Below, in pieces: positions 14,101 through 25,516 of a DNA stretch of 64,000 nt. Positions within the stretch are counted from its first letter, which is position 1. Each line of letters starts with the position of its first letter. Position numbers and translations under genes: made by a program. The notes under the pieces were generated by a model. That model had not been told where the DNA came from and ran no database searches. It saw only the letters and a list, made by a program, of their open reading frames with translations. The DNA is from Antedon mediterranea. Its lineage: Eukaryota > Animalia > Echinodermata. The stretch is from NCBI RefSeq assembly GCF_964355755.1, contig NC_092670.1, forward strand, positions 37,932,388 to 37,996,387. The letters run 5' to 3'.

Positions 14101-17100
14101 AGAATGGAGCAAGCTGGGCAAGAAGAACCCAGAAGAATATCCTTTTATACTGAAAATAAAAATAATTGAATATTCTGATTTTATCATCATCATTTTTCTG
14201 TAGACTAGAGAACAAGTGTAATAATAATATTTCTATAGCACACATACCACTCAAGACTGCTCAAGGCGCGTATTTATTCAAATAAACTTGCATTAATTAA
14301 GACATTTTTGTGTTTATCCCTTGACTACATTTTTTTCACTGAAGTTGAAAAGTTTGTCCAAGCTAACACGCAAGAACTCTCAAAGGACAAATGGTTGTGT
14401 CCGCTCAGCGGCAAAAAGTTCAAAGGTCCAGAATTTGTACGAAAACACATCTTTAACAAACACAATGAGAAGGTGGATGAAGTTAGGAAAGATGTAAGCT
14501 TTTATTTTATTCATTGTTTTAATTAGTTGAAATATACTTCAGAAGATTTAAAGATGTATTGTCCCCCAAAAACATGAAGATTATTTAAATCGGACTTTGA
14601 ATAGGTTATTTTGTAGTTTTAATCACGTTAATCACTTCCATAGAAAAAAAACAAATAAAATCATGTTTTCAAATTCAACCAAAGGACCATTGGATGGCAG
14701 ACTATTTTTTGCTTTAAATTACATTTTTTTTCAGGTAAATAATTTTTTTTTGATCCAATGTTTGGTTAATGTGGATAGCTATTATGTGACATTAAAATGG
14801 CATATTGAACAACAAAAATTTAAGAATTATTTTTTCAGGACAATACCTCTTTGTATCCAGGCATTTAGAAACTTTCGCTTTTAGTTAGTAACAATCAAAA
14901 AAACAAAAAGGAATACTAGAAACAGTCTTAATTAATTTAGTCTCATGTCAAACTTAAGTTAATTATGTTTACCACTAGGTGGAGTATTTTAACAACTACT
15001 TAAAGGATACAAAGAGACCACAGCCTCCTGAGCCTACAGTCGCAGCTAAGTCTGCCCAGCCAACCACACCAGGAGCAACTGGCCATGGCAATACACAAGC
15101 TGGTGGTTTCCAGTCCCATCAAGGGCAGAACCATGGGGGAGGGGGAGGAGGAGGGTACAGACAAGAATGGGGAAATCAAAATCGTAAGTTGTACAGTGTT
15201 CTTTAATTAATATTGAATTTTAACTTTGTGTTTAAATTATGTATTTATATGTATTAATTTGAAACGATAAATATGAGGAAATCTGTGAGAATGAGAAAAA
15301 GTGGCCCCAACCGAGGTTCGAACTACATTATTCAGAATAGGAATCTAATTCTAATAAGATTAAATGAATAGTTGTTATTTTATGATTTGGTATTGTGTAA
15401 TTAAGTAGGCCTAATTTGCATGTTTGAATCTAACCACAAAATGATTGACTAGATAGTGTCATGTTTTTCAGTTCCTAAAGCAGAATATCTAAAACCTTTT
15501 AATATTCAGTAACTACCTCAATGCAAATGTTATTTTTAGATTTGTATGTATTTTAGATTATAAAAGGATCCCAATGGCAATAAGCTAATAACATTTTTGG
15601 GCTATCCTGGAAAGGTCGTCTATAAATGTATTTATTTGTAATGTTAGTAGTTAATATATTATCACTTTGTATTTATTATAATAATTTTCCAAATAAATTT
15701 GAATAAACCGAAGCACATTCTACAACAAATCCAATAAAAACACAGCAATAGAAACAAAGAGATTAATTCTGACCTTTGTGGTACTATTCTATTGAATGAT
15801 TTCCTCTCAAAATCCAAAACAAACAATATGTGTGTAATTCATCAATAAAGTCTACTTAACTTTATCCTCACCATATTTTTTCCAAAATTGCATAACAGAA
15901 AGAAAACAATATTAACTTATAATGTTGTCATATATTAAGAATAGATTGATTAAAAAAATGTTTGTACATCTGGTATATTGTGAGAGGCCTACAGCGAAGC
16001 AACAATCGTGGTCATAATCTATTTTGAACTTTATCCTCCCCATATTTTTTACAAGATCGCATAACAAAAAGTAAACGATATCAACTTATAACAGTGTATA
16101 TTATTTTAAAGAATAAGTACACAGACTCATAAAAAGAAATGTTTGTACATATGGCAAATTGTGAGAAGCTTACAGCAAAGCACCAATCGTGGTCGTAATC
16201 TATTTTTAACTTTATCCTCATCATATTTTTTTATGATTGCATAACTTAAAGTAAGCAGTATAAACTGTGTTGTATATTGTAATAATGAAAAGTCTATGCA
16301 AATTTATGCAAATTGTTATTAAGATATGGTCAATTGTGGAACCCCCAACACCGACCATGGTACATTACTATTGCTACAGTTTATAAATAATTCATAAATT
16401 AGTTTTCCCATTCTCACAGATTTCCTTATCTTTATCGTTTCAAATTAATTAATTAAATTTCAGTATATCACTAGGGGGTTTGGAGTTCATGTTCTCTGCC
16501 TGATGTGTTTATATTTTGTTCTTATATATTAATTCTTTAATTTATTAAATTTTTGTAGAAGGATATGACAGAGGACATCATGATAACCGTGGTTACGGCG
16601 GTGGAGGAGGTGGATTTTACAACCGTTCGCAAGGATACGGCAATAATAGGTAAGCCTTGTGACAAAAAAAATGTGATGTGCCCATATATAGACATGATGA
16701 TGTCATATCACTACCATATTTGGGCACATCACACTTTTTTTGTCAACCTAGTTTGATAGTGTAGACAGAGCTTAAGAACTTTGCAAAAGAACACAAAACA
16801 AATTTACATACAGCTTGGTTTGTAATTAGACGTAACTGCACCGGAAGTAATTTGACCAATCAGGGCGCGATGGACCATCCAGGTCGTTTGTGATTGGTCA
16901 ACTCATGTTGTGTCCAAATGGGAACCAATCTTAAATAATGAAAATCGTAATAAATACTGTGCAAGCAGCGCATACATGAAATAATTGACTTTCAAAATGT
17001 TTCCCAATTGTAACCAGACATTAGTTACTGGTATTGTTCAACCAATTTATCCTTTGCTTTGCAGACCAAGAAGAGATCCACGACCACTCATTCAATATCG

Positions 17101-17137
17101 TGATTTGGATGCTCCTGGCGATGATGACATTTTTTAA
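5138..17137 (+). CDS. SRRT: Serrate RNA effector molecule homolog (Ars2), ~934 aa, 19 coding exons
   Basis: Exons 5138-5259, 5586-5717, 5817-5942, 6229-6390, 7501-7670, 7904-8063, 8728-8824, 9319-9372, 9760-9937, 10621-10796, 11089-11229, 11485-11790, 12157-12351, 12985-13138, 14028-14136, 14340-14493, 14979-15183, 16559-16649 and 17065-17137 join in frame (2805 nt). Motifs: [71 protein letters not shown], zinc finger [25 protein letters not shown] and C-terminal [14 protein letters not shown]. Confidence 0.97.
7698..7810 (+). mobile_element. Degenerate tRNA-derived SINE head in an SRRT intron
   Basis: A-box-like tagcttggtg and B-box-like ggttcaatcc are present, but no intact cloverleaf. Confidence 0.4.
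8175..8464. mobile_element. MITE family A copy with an expanded internal 21-bp tandem repeat (~9 units)
   Basis: Family A TIRs enclose (atatggtagtgatatgcccaa)n. This repeat explains the spurious ORFs at 8215-8441. Confidence 0.85.
10063..10228. mobile_element. MITE family A, complete copy
   Basis: TAA|aactctgtctacactatcaaac...gtttgatagtgtagacagagct|TAA. Confidence 0.85.
11839..12030 (+). mobile_element. tRNA-derived SINE with Deu/Nin core (degenerate)
   Basis: A box tggccaagcgg, B box ggttcaagcc and core ...ttcgagatgagtagggggttacccc. Same family as 58958-59311. Confidence 0.75.
14137..14339 (+). other. U12-type (minor spliceosome) AT-AC intron of SRRT
   Basis: The 5' site is ATATCCTTT (14137), the branch site TCCCTTGAC (14317-14325) and the 3' end ttttcAC (14339). 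Splicing gives ..KKNPE-D-EVEKFV.., colinear with the conserved Ars2 sequence. Confidence 0.93.
14552..14850. mobile_element. Kolobok-like MITE (TIR AGATGTATTGTCC, TTAA target)
   Basis: TTAA|agatgtattgtccc...ggacaatacctct. Sister copies lie at 17681-17997 (inverted) and 20329-20624, with a fragment at ~34440-34560. Confidence 0.75.
15555..15710 (+). mobile_element. LINE 3' UTR/tail remnant
   Basis: aaaggatcccaatggcaataagct...tttttgggctatcctggaa is the reverse complement of the LINE 3' UTR at ~54650-54700. Confidence 0.55.
15855..16330. repeat. ~175-bp degenerate tandem repeat (~2.5 copies) in an SRRT intron
   Basis: aactttatcctc.ccatatttt...gcataac recurs at ~15858, 16028 and 16208, and tgtttgtacat...tgtgag...aatcgtggtc recurs twice. 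Confidence 0.75.
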
Positions 17138-17680
17138 GCCAATCAAAACACCCAATTCAATCTGCTAATTTGCATTCATTTCTGTATTAAAGAATCCAAT
17201 TAGAGGAATGCTGAATTTTGTAAATATCAAGTACGCTGTTTTATTAACTTTTATGACGGCTTTGTTGCCAAACTTTAAGTTTGTTTTTGATCGTTAACAA
17301 AATTAATTTTGCATGATATTCTTACATTGCTAATCTGCCTTCCATACTTGATTACCATAATCACTTTTTAACCATATCAAGAAGATGATTTTTAACATTA
17401 GACAATAACCAACCTATCTGAATGTTATGATTTTTATAAATGTGTTCTAGGTTTTCTGTATTGTATACATTTTTGTTTTACACTATTTTTGTACAATGTA
17501 CTGTGGATTATTGTTGGACCAAGTTATTAAACATCATGGTTAACAAATAAAAATGTCGACTCAAGTTTGTATTTTATATCATGATTTTATGACCAATTAT
17601 AGTATTATACTGTACATTCTTGGTGTATGCAATATTGTATAATTTGACGTCATCATTTAAAATCGTTTTCTCAATCTTGA

Positions 17681-17997
17681 AGATATATTGTCCCCCTAAA
17701 AAAAAATTTTTTCATATTTTTTGTTGAATATGCCATTTTAATGTCACGTAATAGTTATTCACATTGACCATAAACTGGATCAGAAAAAAAAATGTAATTT
17801 AAACAAAAAAATTGTCTGTCAGACAATGGTTTTTGGTTAAAATTAAACGTTTCGTTCGTTTTTTTATAAGCAAAATAATTACAGTATTATTTTTTTATTT
17901 TTTTTTTTACAATAAATAAAAAAAACTGCAAAATGGCCTATTTAAAGTCTCATTTTATTAATCTTTATTGTTCATGTTTTTGGGGGACAATATATAT
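17681..17997. mobile_element. Kolobok-like MITE copy
   Basis: agatatattgtcccc...ggggacaatatatat|TTAA; the internal sequence is the reverse complement of the 20329 copy. Confidence 0.75.
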
Positions 17998-18599
17998 TTA
18001 ATATATCGTCATTATTGATTCATCATATTATCGAATCGCTTCACCACATGCTATACACTGTACTATCTCATAACGAAAAATACTATTATGTTTTTTTTAT
18101 AACTTGTTCACGGACCTTATTGAATTTTGTGAAATTAATTTTGTACCAAATCCTTGTGGAAGTATTATTGCAAACACGTGCTGTTTGCATGTTCATATTT
18201 TAAAATTAAATCGTTAAAAAACAAATACACACACACACATGTCAAAAAGGGAACAAAATACAATGGATACAACAATGTAGGACAAGATCAATTGCTGTGA
18301 CAATGACAATTCGATTCCTGTGACAATTTAATTGAATGGAACTCATTTCCGTAAACATTCCATGGCACATGAGGTCGTCGCGTGTACAGTCTTTGGTGTC
18401 CTTGTCGGATGTAAACGTCGCCAACAAAACGCAAATATAGTGACGACAGGTAAACACATAGACTATAATTGTATTCGCAATATCCGACGTTGGCGTACTG
18501 CGATTTTATGCTATTTCACGTTAAAATAATGGATCATCGTTTACGGTACAAACAACATCGCTTCAGTATCGTTCTGTTGCTTGTTAATTTTACGTCACG

Positions 18600-18935
18600 T
18601 GTACTTCTAACGTTCGCGTTCTTTTACCGTTTGCGTTCTTTTACCGTTTGCGTTCTTTTACCGTCCGCGTTCTTTTACCGTTTGCGTTCTTTTACCGTTC
18701 CCGTACTTTTACCGTTTGCGTTCTTTTACAGTTAGCGTACTTTTAACGTTTGCGTTCTTTTACCGTTCGCGTTCTTTTACCGTTCGCGTACTTTTACCGT
18801 TTGCGTTCTTTTACCGTTCGCGTACTTTTACCGTTTGCGTTCTTTTACAGTTAGCGTACTTTTACCGTTCGCGAACTGTTACCGTTCGCGTATTTGTATC
18901 GTTCGCGTACCTTTACCGTTCACGTACTTGTATCG
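18600..18935. repeat. 17-bp minisatellite (ttttaccgttcgcgttc)n
   Basis: About 19 tandem units are visible. Confidence 0.9.
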
Positions 18936-20328
18936 TTGACAATTTACAGGCTACGTGCTCAAATATTGTAATACTGACGTTTAGTCTGGTAGTTATTGTA
19001 TTGATTTCTTTACGTCATTTGTTGTTTTGATCATGGAAGAGTAAGCTCACTCTTACCTTTTTGAGTAAAAGTTTCAAAGCTTGAAATTGTTTTAAAGAAA
19101 CTTTCAATTTACACCCAAGTGACCCAATATTTGTATTTGTTTTTTTATATTACTGCTGTGGTATAGAATTGCACCCGAGAGCCGAGCGCATGTATATTTA
19201 GATATAGAATTGCATTTTTGAATGCGCCTGTTTGGAACTTGTGATTCAAACCATTGAACCAAACTGTAATTGTAAACCTACGGTTGCTGTTAATTGACGA
19301 TATTTTAATGTTTCTGTTTACACTTGAGAGAATGAAAGTCATTGTCACCCACGTGTTCAATGTTTTCCCCTCCAAATTCCTTGACGTTTTTCACCAAGTT
19401 ACGGAATGCGTCACAACGTGTATTGATCGTATTCACGGATTAATAGTAGTATTGTGCAATAATCAAGCAGTAGAGGATCAATTTTTAATTTTATAAGATT
19501 TTTTAGTTGTGGTGTGTTTGCTATTGTAGGTCTGTTTTATAGCAATTACCTACTAACATATATCGCCTTTTATATAACACATGATTATTTAGAATACGGT
19601 TTGAAAATATAATTATTATTGTTATTAGGGTAGTTGTGTTCTCATAATTATAATAATGTTGTTTCGTTTCAGCCAAAACATGGTATATTTTTAATTTATC
19701 TGAAATTAATCATTTTTTCCAGTAATATCGATAACGATAGTCTTGTGTTTTATATTGCTTATTTTGTTTGTTGACAAGTTTAGACAAATACGGTAAGTTG
19801 GTCAAGTTTGGACTTGTCCATACCCGCACGAGGACGAGTCAAGTTTAATCTTGTCATTACCAAAAACCTAAACAATGCTGAGAAAATAATAAAACGTGTT
19901 CATAATGATCAGTCACTTCCTTTCTCCACTGTAATTGATGTTTTAGAGTCCGTATAAAATGAAAATATCGAGGTCGTGTTTTTACTCGAAGACTAAAGAG
20001 TCACTTCTAGCGCGCGCTCGATGTAGGCGCGCGTGTTCGATGTAGGCGCGCGCGTTGAAAATTTGATGACTTTTATACGCCAACATTGACCGGTTGTTTT
20101 TTCGTGTCGTTGTTGAATATCCATGATTTCTAAATTATGTTTTTATATTCGGTAACGATATTGGCACTGAATTTTCCATATGAAAATGATAAATCCATTA
20201 TTTTTACTTTTACACCAAACTGGATTACACGCCGTCAATAAATAAATGTAAATTATGATTCATTTTAGCGTCATGTAATTCGAGAATAAAAGTAAAATAT
20301 ATGTAAGTAAACAACATATTAATTTTAA

Positions 20329-20624
20329 AGATGTATTGTCCTCCAAAAACATGAACAATTAATAAAATCAGACTTTAAATAGGCCATGTTGCAGTATTAA
20401 TTCACTTCTTATAAAAACGCAAAAGAAACGTTTAATGTTACCCAAAAACCATTGTCTGCTGATAGACAATTTAAGTGTTTTTTGCTTTAAATTACATTTT
20501 TTTTCTCTCAGGTAAATCCATTTTTTCCGATCCAGTTTTTGGTCAAAGTGAATAACTATTATGTAACATTAAAATGGCATTAAAAAAAAATTTGTAAAAA
20601 TTTTTTTAAGGTGACAATATATCT
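20329..20624. mobile_element. Kolobok-like MITE copy
   Basis: TTAA|agatgtattgtcc...gtgacaatatatct|TTAA. Confidence 0.8.
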
Positions 20625-21586
20625 TTAAGAATGTAGGCTACTATCATCCCCATCATCCGTACGACACAATCAAAAAGTCAACAAAAGTCCAAGGTAAAAC
20701 GCGCGACAAAATTGGCCTTTATTGGTTGAATGCAACATACTTTGTTAGCTTGTTGATTTTTGGGCGCTCTCCAATTGTGCGATAGCCTCTTTAATTTTTT
20801 AACTGCATTAATGTAGGCCTAGGTAAACCAAGTCTGCATGCTTCTGTATTAGAATAAGGAATATTGGAAACATTTTCTTAACGATTACATTCACCGGTTT
20901 GTTTCAAGGAAAGATAAATGTAGGCCTATAAACAGTACGGTGCGTCTGTGTATAGGCTACTGTATCCACCAAGACGGAAACAGGAAGCAATCAACTAGTA
21001 GTGGTGGCAACATGTTGGTGTACAATTTAACCGTTTTAAATGATTACTACAGTACATCAAAGTATTTCAACATTGCAACGAATATGGTGTCGTTTAATAA
21101 TACCATAAGGTGGCGCTTTATACAAGTCTTAACTGTACATTATGCAAATTAAATACAGGAACTTCCATTCGTACACGTGTCTGGTGAACTCACCAAACAA
21201 CTACACTTTTGTTTTGACGATTTTGTCCTCCTGTCTCGTAGAAAATATGGATACATAAAAAGGCGTAGTCTTTGCGAGGTTTATTATAGTATTTGTATAA
21301 ACCAAGATTGTTGTGTACTAAAAATAATTCGACGTTTGTGTTGGAATAAGTTTATATTCGCTCCAGGATCTGACGCGATATTGTATGTGGCATGTATTGG
21401 TTGATAACGCAGGATATGGCGGTATCTATTAAAGGATGTGCGTTAATATAAAATATATACGGTCCATGTATATATAAATAACAGAAGGTTGGCTGGTAGT
21501 GAATAAGGAACAAGAAGTGTGGATTGAATAATTATCCAACACGACTAGGCCTACTGTTAAAACATTAGTAGATAGATGGAGTAGTT

Positions 21587-21842
21587 ACTGCTGAAGGTTG
21601 GATTGATCTGTATTGGTAAACTCTGCTGAAGGTTGGATTGATCTGTATTGGTAAACTCTGCTGAAGTTTGGATTGATCTGTATTGGTAAACTCTGCTGAA
21701 TTGATCTGTATCGGTAAACTCTGCTGAAGTTTGGATTGACCGGTATTGGTAAACTCTGCTGAAGTTTGGATTGACCTGTATTGGTAAACTCTGCTGAAGT
21801 TTGGATTGGTCTGTAAATGTAAACTCTGCTGAAGTTGGATCA
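21587..21842. repeat. ~36-bp minisatellite (ttggattgatctgtattggtaaactctgctgaagt)n, decaying towards ~22080
   Basis: About 7 well-conserved units; degenerate gctgaagttggac units continue to ~22080. Confidence 0.85.
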
Positions 21843-22223
21843 AATTGTTGTATAATATTTTGATTATTACGTGGAATTACTGCTTAAGTTTGGACTGATC
21901 TGTATTGAAAACTTCTGCTGAGAATCTGTTCAACAACATTAAAGTTGGACCTATGTGCTGAATAACATTGAAGTTGGACCAATCTACTGAATAACATTGT
22001 TGAACAATCAATTAAATCATATTGCTTAGTTTTGGATGTGGTAAATACGCCGCTGTACAATTTTGCTGAAGTTGGACTTAAAACATGTGCAGGAGTAATT
22101 AGCACATTATCCGAACTTGAGGTTTTGATTAAGATAAACTTGCGGAGTGACAATCTGTTAGCACTTTTCGATTTCCATTCAAGAATTAAGTTTGACCTAG
22201 AGATTTTAATGAAGTGTATTAAA

Positions 22224-23606
22224 ATGGGATTAAAGCGGGAAGTTATGCTTTCTTACATGTGTCTTCTATACATTCAACACATCAGCTGTACTATTACGTG
22301 TGATTTTCAACCTGAAAAACCGGTCATAGGTGAAATAATTCAGTTTAATTGCGTTACAATTGGACCGGTGCTCAATGGATCGAGACTTCGTGTGATTAGG
22401 CCCAAACACCATGAGAAATCTAAGAAAGTTTCACAACAAAATGGTAAAAATGGAGAACTACATGCTAGTTACGAATGGACGATGACGGCTGCTGATTTTG
22501 AGCTTGAAATAAAATGTAGAGAAAAATTCAACGACAATACAACTAATGTATGTGCATTAACAATACCTAAGCCTATAGCTGTATCAGATCCAACATTTTT
22601 ACCGACAATAGAGATTACCACAGATGCTAAAAAGGGTATACCAGAGCCCAACGTTGGGGCGAATTCGGGAGAAACCCAGTTAGTTAGGCCGACACCAATG
22701 GTTCAAGTTACAAGTGAAGACTTTATAACGCATGATATACAGTACATTACTACATATCAGGAAGATTACAACGATATATTAGATGGAATTGACGAAGATG
22801 GAGGAGGTCTATCATTATTTGAACTTTATCCTACAATTTTCTGGGGTCTTGTTGTTGGAATGGTTACAATATTTTTCGTTGTGATCATAGCCACCATGTG
22901 TTTAGTCTTTCTCACACAATCAAAACGACGCAAAGAAAATATGCAGACTACTGTACCGTATACAGGATCGATGGAGATTCTTACTGGTCCATTCAGGAAA
23001 CCTGCCGGAGCATATTTAGATTTGAACGAGTCTAGCACTGCTCAAGCGTCGACCTCAGCCACGGTCGTCGATCGTGCTTGCCAAACGATACCTTGTAATC
23101 TACCCTGGCTAGCAGTTGATGTAGATAACGATTTTGCCTATTATGAACCTCAAGATTTAGTGGCGCGACCAGCATCTGTTGCAGGATGTGGGAATCTAGA
23201 GATTGTACCAAATGTTTTAGGTTCGCGCGGCGGTTATATACAGACAAAGCATGGCTTAGCACGGAGTGAATCTGACCGTCGGTACTCCGAGCTGTGCCGC
23301 ACACGAACCGATAATGATCCGCAATTTTACATTCCACCAAAGCGGATACACAGACATTCTGACCACGAGATGTATCACATGCAGAAATACAATTCTCAAT
23401 TGTATGATGAGGCTCCACCAGTTGCGGTAGAATTCGAACCAGTGCGGAGGTACAAACGCCGTGCAAACCAAATAGCTGCTGGTGGTACGCGTCAGTCGCG
23501 TCCCTATAGCTATATTGACCCTAGTATTGCGCAACTTGTTCCACCGTCTGCTTCCGGTAAACGCAAAGCTGGAAGCAGAGAAGAACTTTCAGACAGTTCT
23601 TTGTAA
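22224..23606 (+). CDS. Intronless orphan type-I transmembrane protein (~460 aa): signal peptide, Cys-containing Ig-like ectodomain, P/T stalk, TM helix, long Tyr-rich cytoplasmic tail
   Basis: A 1.5-kb uninterrupted ORF in AT-rich DNA. Kozak aaaATGG at 22224; hydrophobic N-terminus (VMLSYMCLLYIQHISC); Ig-like pattern GEIIQFNC...YEWTMTAADFELEIKC; TM IFWGLVVGMVTIFFVVIIATMCLVFL followed by SKRRK; ends in DSSL. The start codon is inferred. Confidence 0.8.
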   Translation: MGLKREVMLSYMCLLYIQHISCTITCDFQPEKPVIGEIIQFNCVTIGPVLNGSRLRVIRPKHHEKSKKVSQQNGKNGELHASYEWTMTAADFELEIKCREKFNDNTTNVCALTIPKPIAVSDPTFLPTIEITTDAKKGIPEPNVGANSGETQLVRPTPMVQVTSEDFITHDIQYITTYQEDYNDILDGIDEDGGGLSLFELYPTIFWGLVVGMVTIFFVVIIATMCLVFLTQSKRRKENMQTTVPYTGSMEILTGPFRKPAGAYLDLNESSTAQASTSATVVDRACQTIPCNLPWLAVDVDNDFAYYEPQDLVARPASVAGCGNLEIVPNVLGSRGGYIQTKHGLARSESDRRYSELCRTRTDNDPQFYIPPKRIHRHSDHEMYHMQKYNSQLYDEAPPVAVEFEPVRRYKRRANQIAAGGTRQSRPYSYIDPSIAQLVPPSASGKRKAGSREELSDSSL

Positions 23607-24258
23607 CTGATAGAAAATGTGATATATAAGTTCATATAATGACGTAGTAGCTTTTTAAACGATATCGCAAGAAGTAACTATTCCTCAGAGTTATAAACAG
23701 TTAGTATGCCTACGTTTCGATCCCAAAATAACGATATTGTAACCATTTTTAACCAGTTAAAGGATATTTGTACTATATGTATATATATATATCACTGGCT
23801 AAGGCATGTTGGTGAAATTAAAAGATATCAATATGTTACTAATACGTTTCTGCAGCCAACTTATCCGATAGGCTAAAAGATTGGTTGAAGATGAGATTGG
23901 TTAATGTTATCCAATCATCATGCTGCAAAAACATTACCCTAAAGCTGCCTTCAATAAACATATATATAACTATGCATAATATTGTGTATAAAAACATTTG
24001 TATTATTCTAAATATTAATTTGATATGATCATTGTATTTATTGATTTGTGTATGTATTTTGTGTGTATATGTTTTTAGTTAGGTCCTACTCGTATTTTAT
24101 TTCTCCAGATGACTTTTGAACTGTAGGTTTAACGATTGTATTTATCTTCGGCCATTCGTAACATTGCAGGCGATGTAAAGAGTGTATTTCTCTCATTGCA
24201 ACTTAATAAATTAATTTCCTCTGTTTAAATATGATTTGCGGAGGAGCTTCCTAGCGAC

Positions 24259-24413
24259 CAGTGGTGTAAAGGCATGAGCGCTCACTGGCTAAGGGGCCCT
24301 GGATCTTATGGGTCTCCCTGAGCAGTGTCCAGAGGAAAAACAGGAATTAAAATATGTCGAAAAAGATTGGGGTTCCTAAGCCTGAGTCGTCAGGCCTTTG
24401 CGTTACGCCAATG
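24259..24413. mobile_element. hAT-type MITE, 8-bp TSD
   Basis: ctagcgac|cagtggtgtaa...gttacgccaatg|caagcgac; reverse-complement match to 870-1045. Confidence 0.75.
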
Positions 24414-25516
24414 CAAGCGACCAGTCGAATACCTGTTAACATACTCACTTTCTGTCGTTTAGAAGTATGTTTACTGGATTACACTTCCTTTCTTATAGAA
24501 ACGATACTCCATCAATCAATGGAATTATATTGATTATTAATTTGTAATGTTGTTTAATATTGTTTGAATACACTGTGCCACGGAACTGATTTGTATAATT
24601 TTAAGACAATATTTCACACCATAACCATGTACACAAAACATTAATACGAACAACAATTACTGTACAGTATCAACAACTGTACACATTTTTTACTGCAGTA
24701 ATAGTTTTAATTCGATCGTGATTTGTGCATTCATTATAGTTTTAAATGTCATTTTCTTAACAAATATGTGTTTCCTTTCCTTTAATCAAAAACTTTACAC
24801 ATTTTTTACTGCAGTAATTGTTTCTGCCGATTCTCGGTAATGCATCTAGAATTCTCTACTCATATTATTAGTAATACAACATCACAGATGTATTACATGT
24901 ATCTCCTAATATCATACCATAACCTAACCCTTAATCTAACGTTACATACTGGCATCACATGTGATACAAATGAGATGCTGTATTACACAATTTTCCTATG
25001 ATACTGTACACATATTGTAGTACTGAAGATACAGCAAACTAGATTTGTGTAAACTATAAACATTTTCAACAAATATTAGTTTTATTTATTATATGGTGTA
25101 TTGTACATGTACTGCATTGCATTGTATTACGGATGCTTTTATTAATAAAATAATAACCTTAGAAATGTCTAATTATTTATTGATACTCTCAATAGATTGA
25201 TGACATCATTAATTATTATTTAATTTAAAAAGTATTCATTGTACTATAAACTCTGAAGCGTTTACAACGCTCTACAACTTACATGTCTTGACAAACCTAT
25301 AGCCTCTATGTATACGCTATACTATTTATAAGCCCAGGTATATCAGTAGGTTATATATAACCCCTACTACTGATATACCTTGATAGGCATTCTCTAGGCA
25401 TTGACGAGTTTAGTCGCTTGGAATGTTCCTTGCATGGTACGACGATACAAATTTACATACAGCTGCATGCGTCGTACTCTTACTACTGATTGTACGTTGT
25501 TTATATGTTTCTTGTT

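Noticed and set aside
22032-22223. N-terminal extension of the 524-aa ORF
   Set aside because: It starts at a non-ATG codon and overlaps decayed minisatellite. The signal peptide fits an ATG at 22224 (or 22209).
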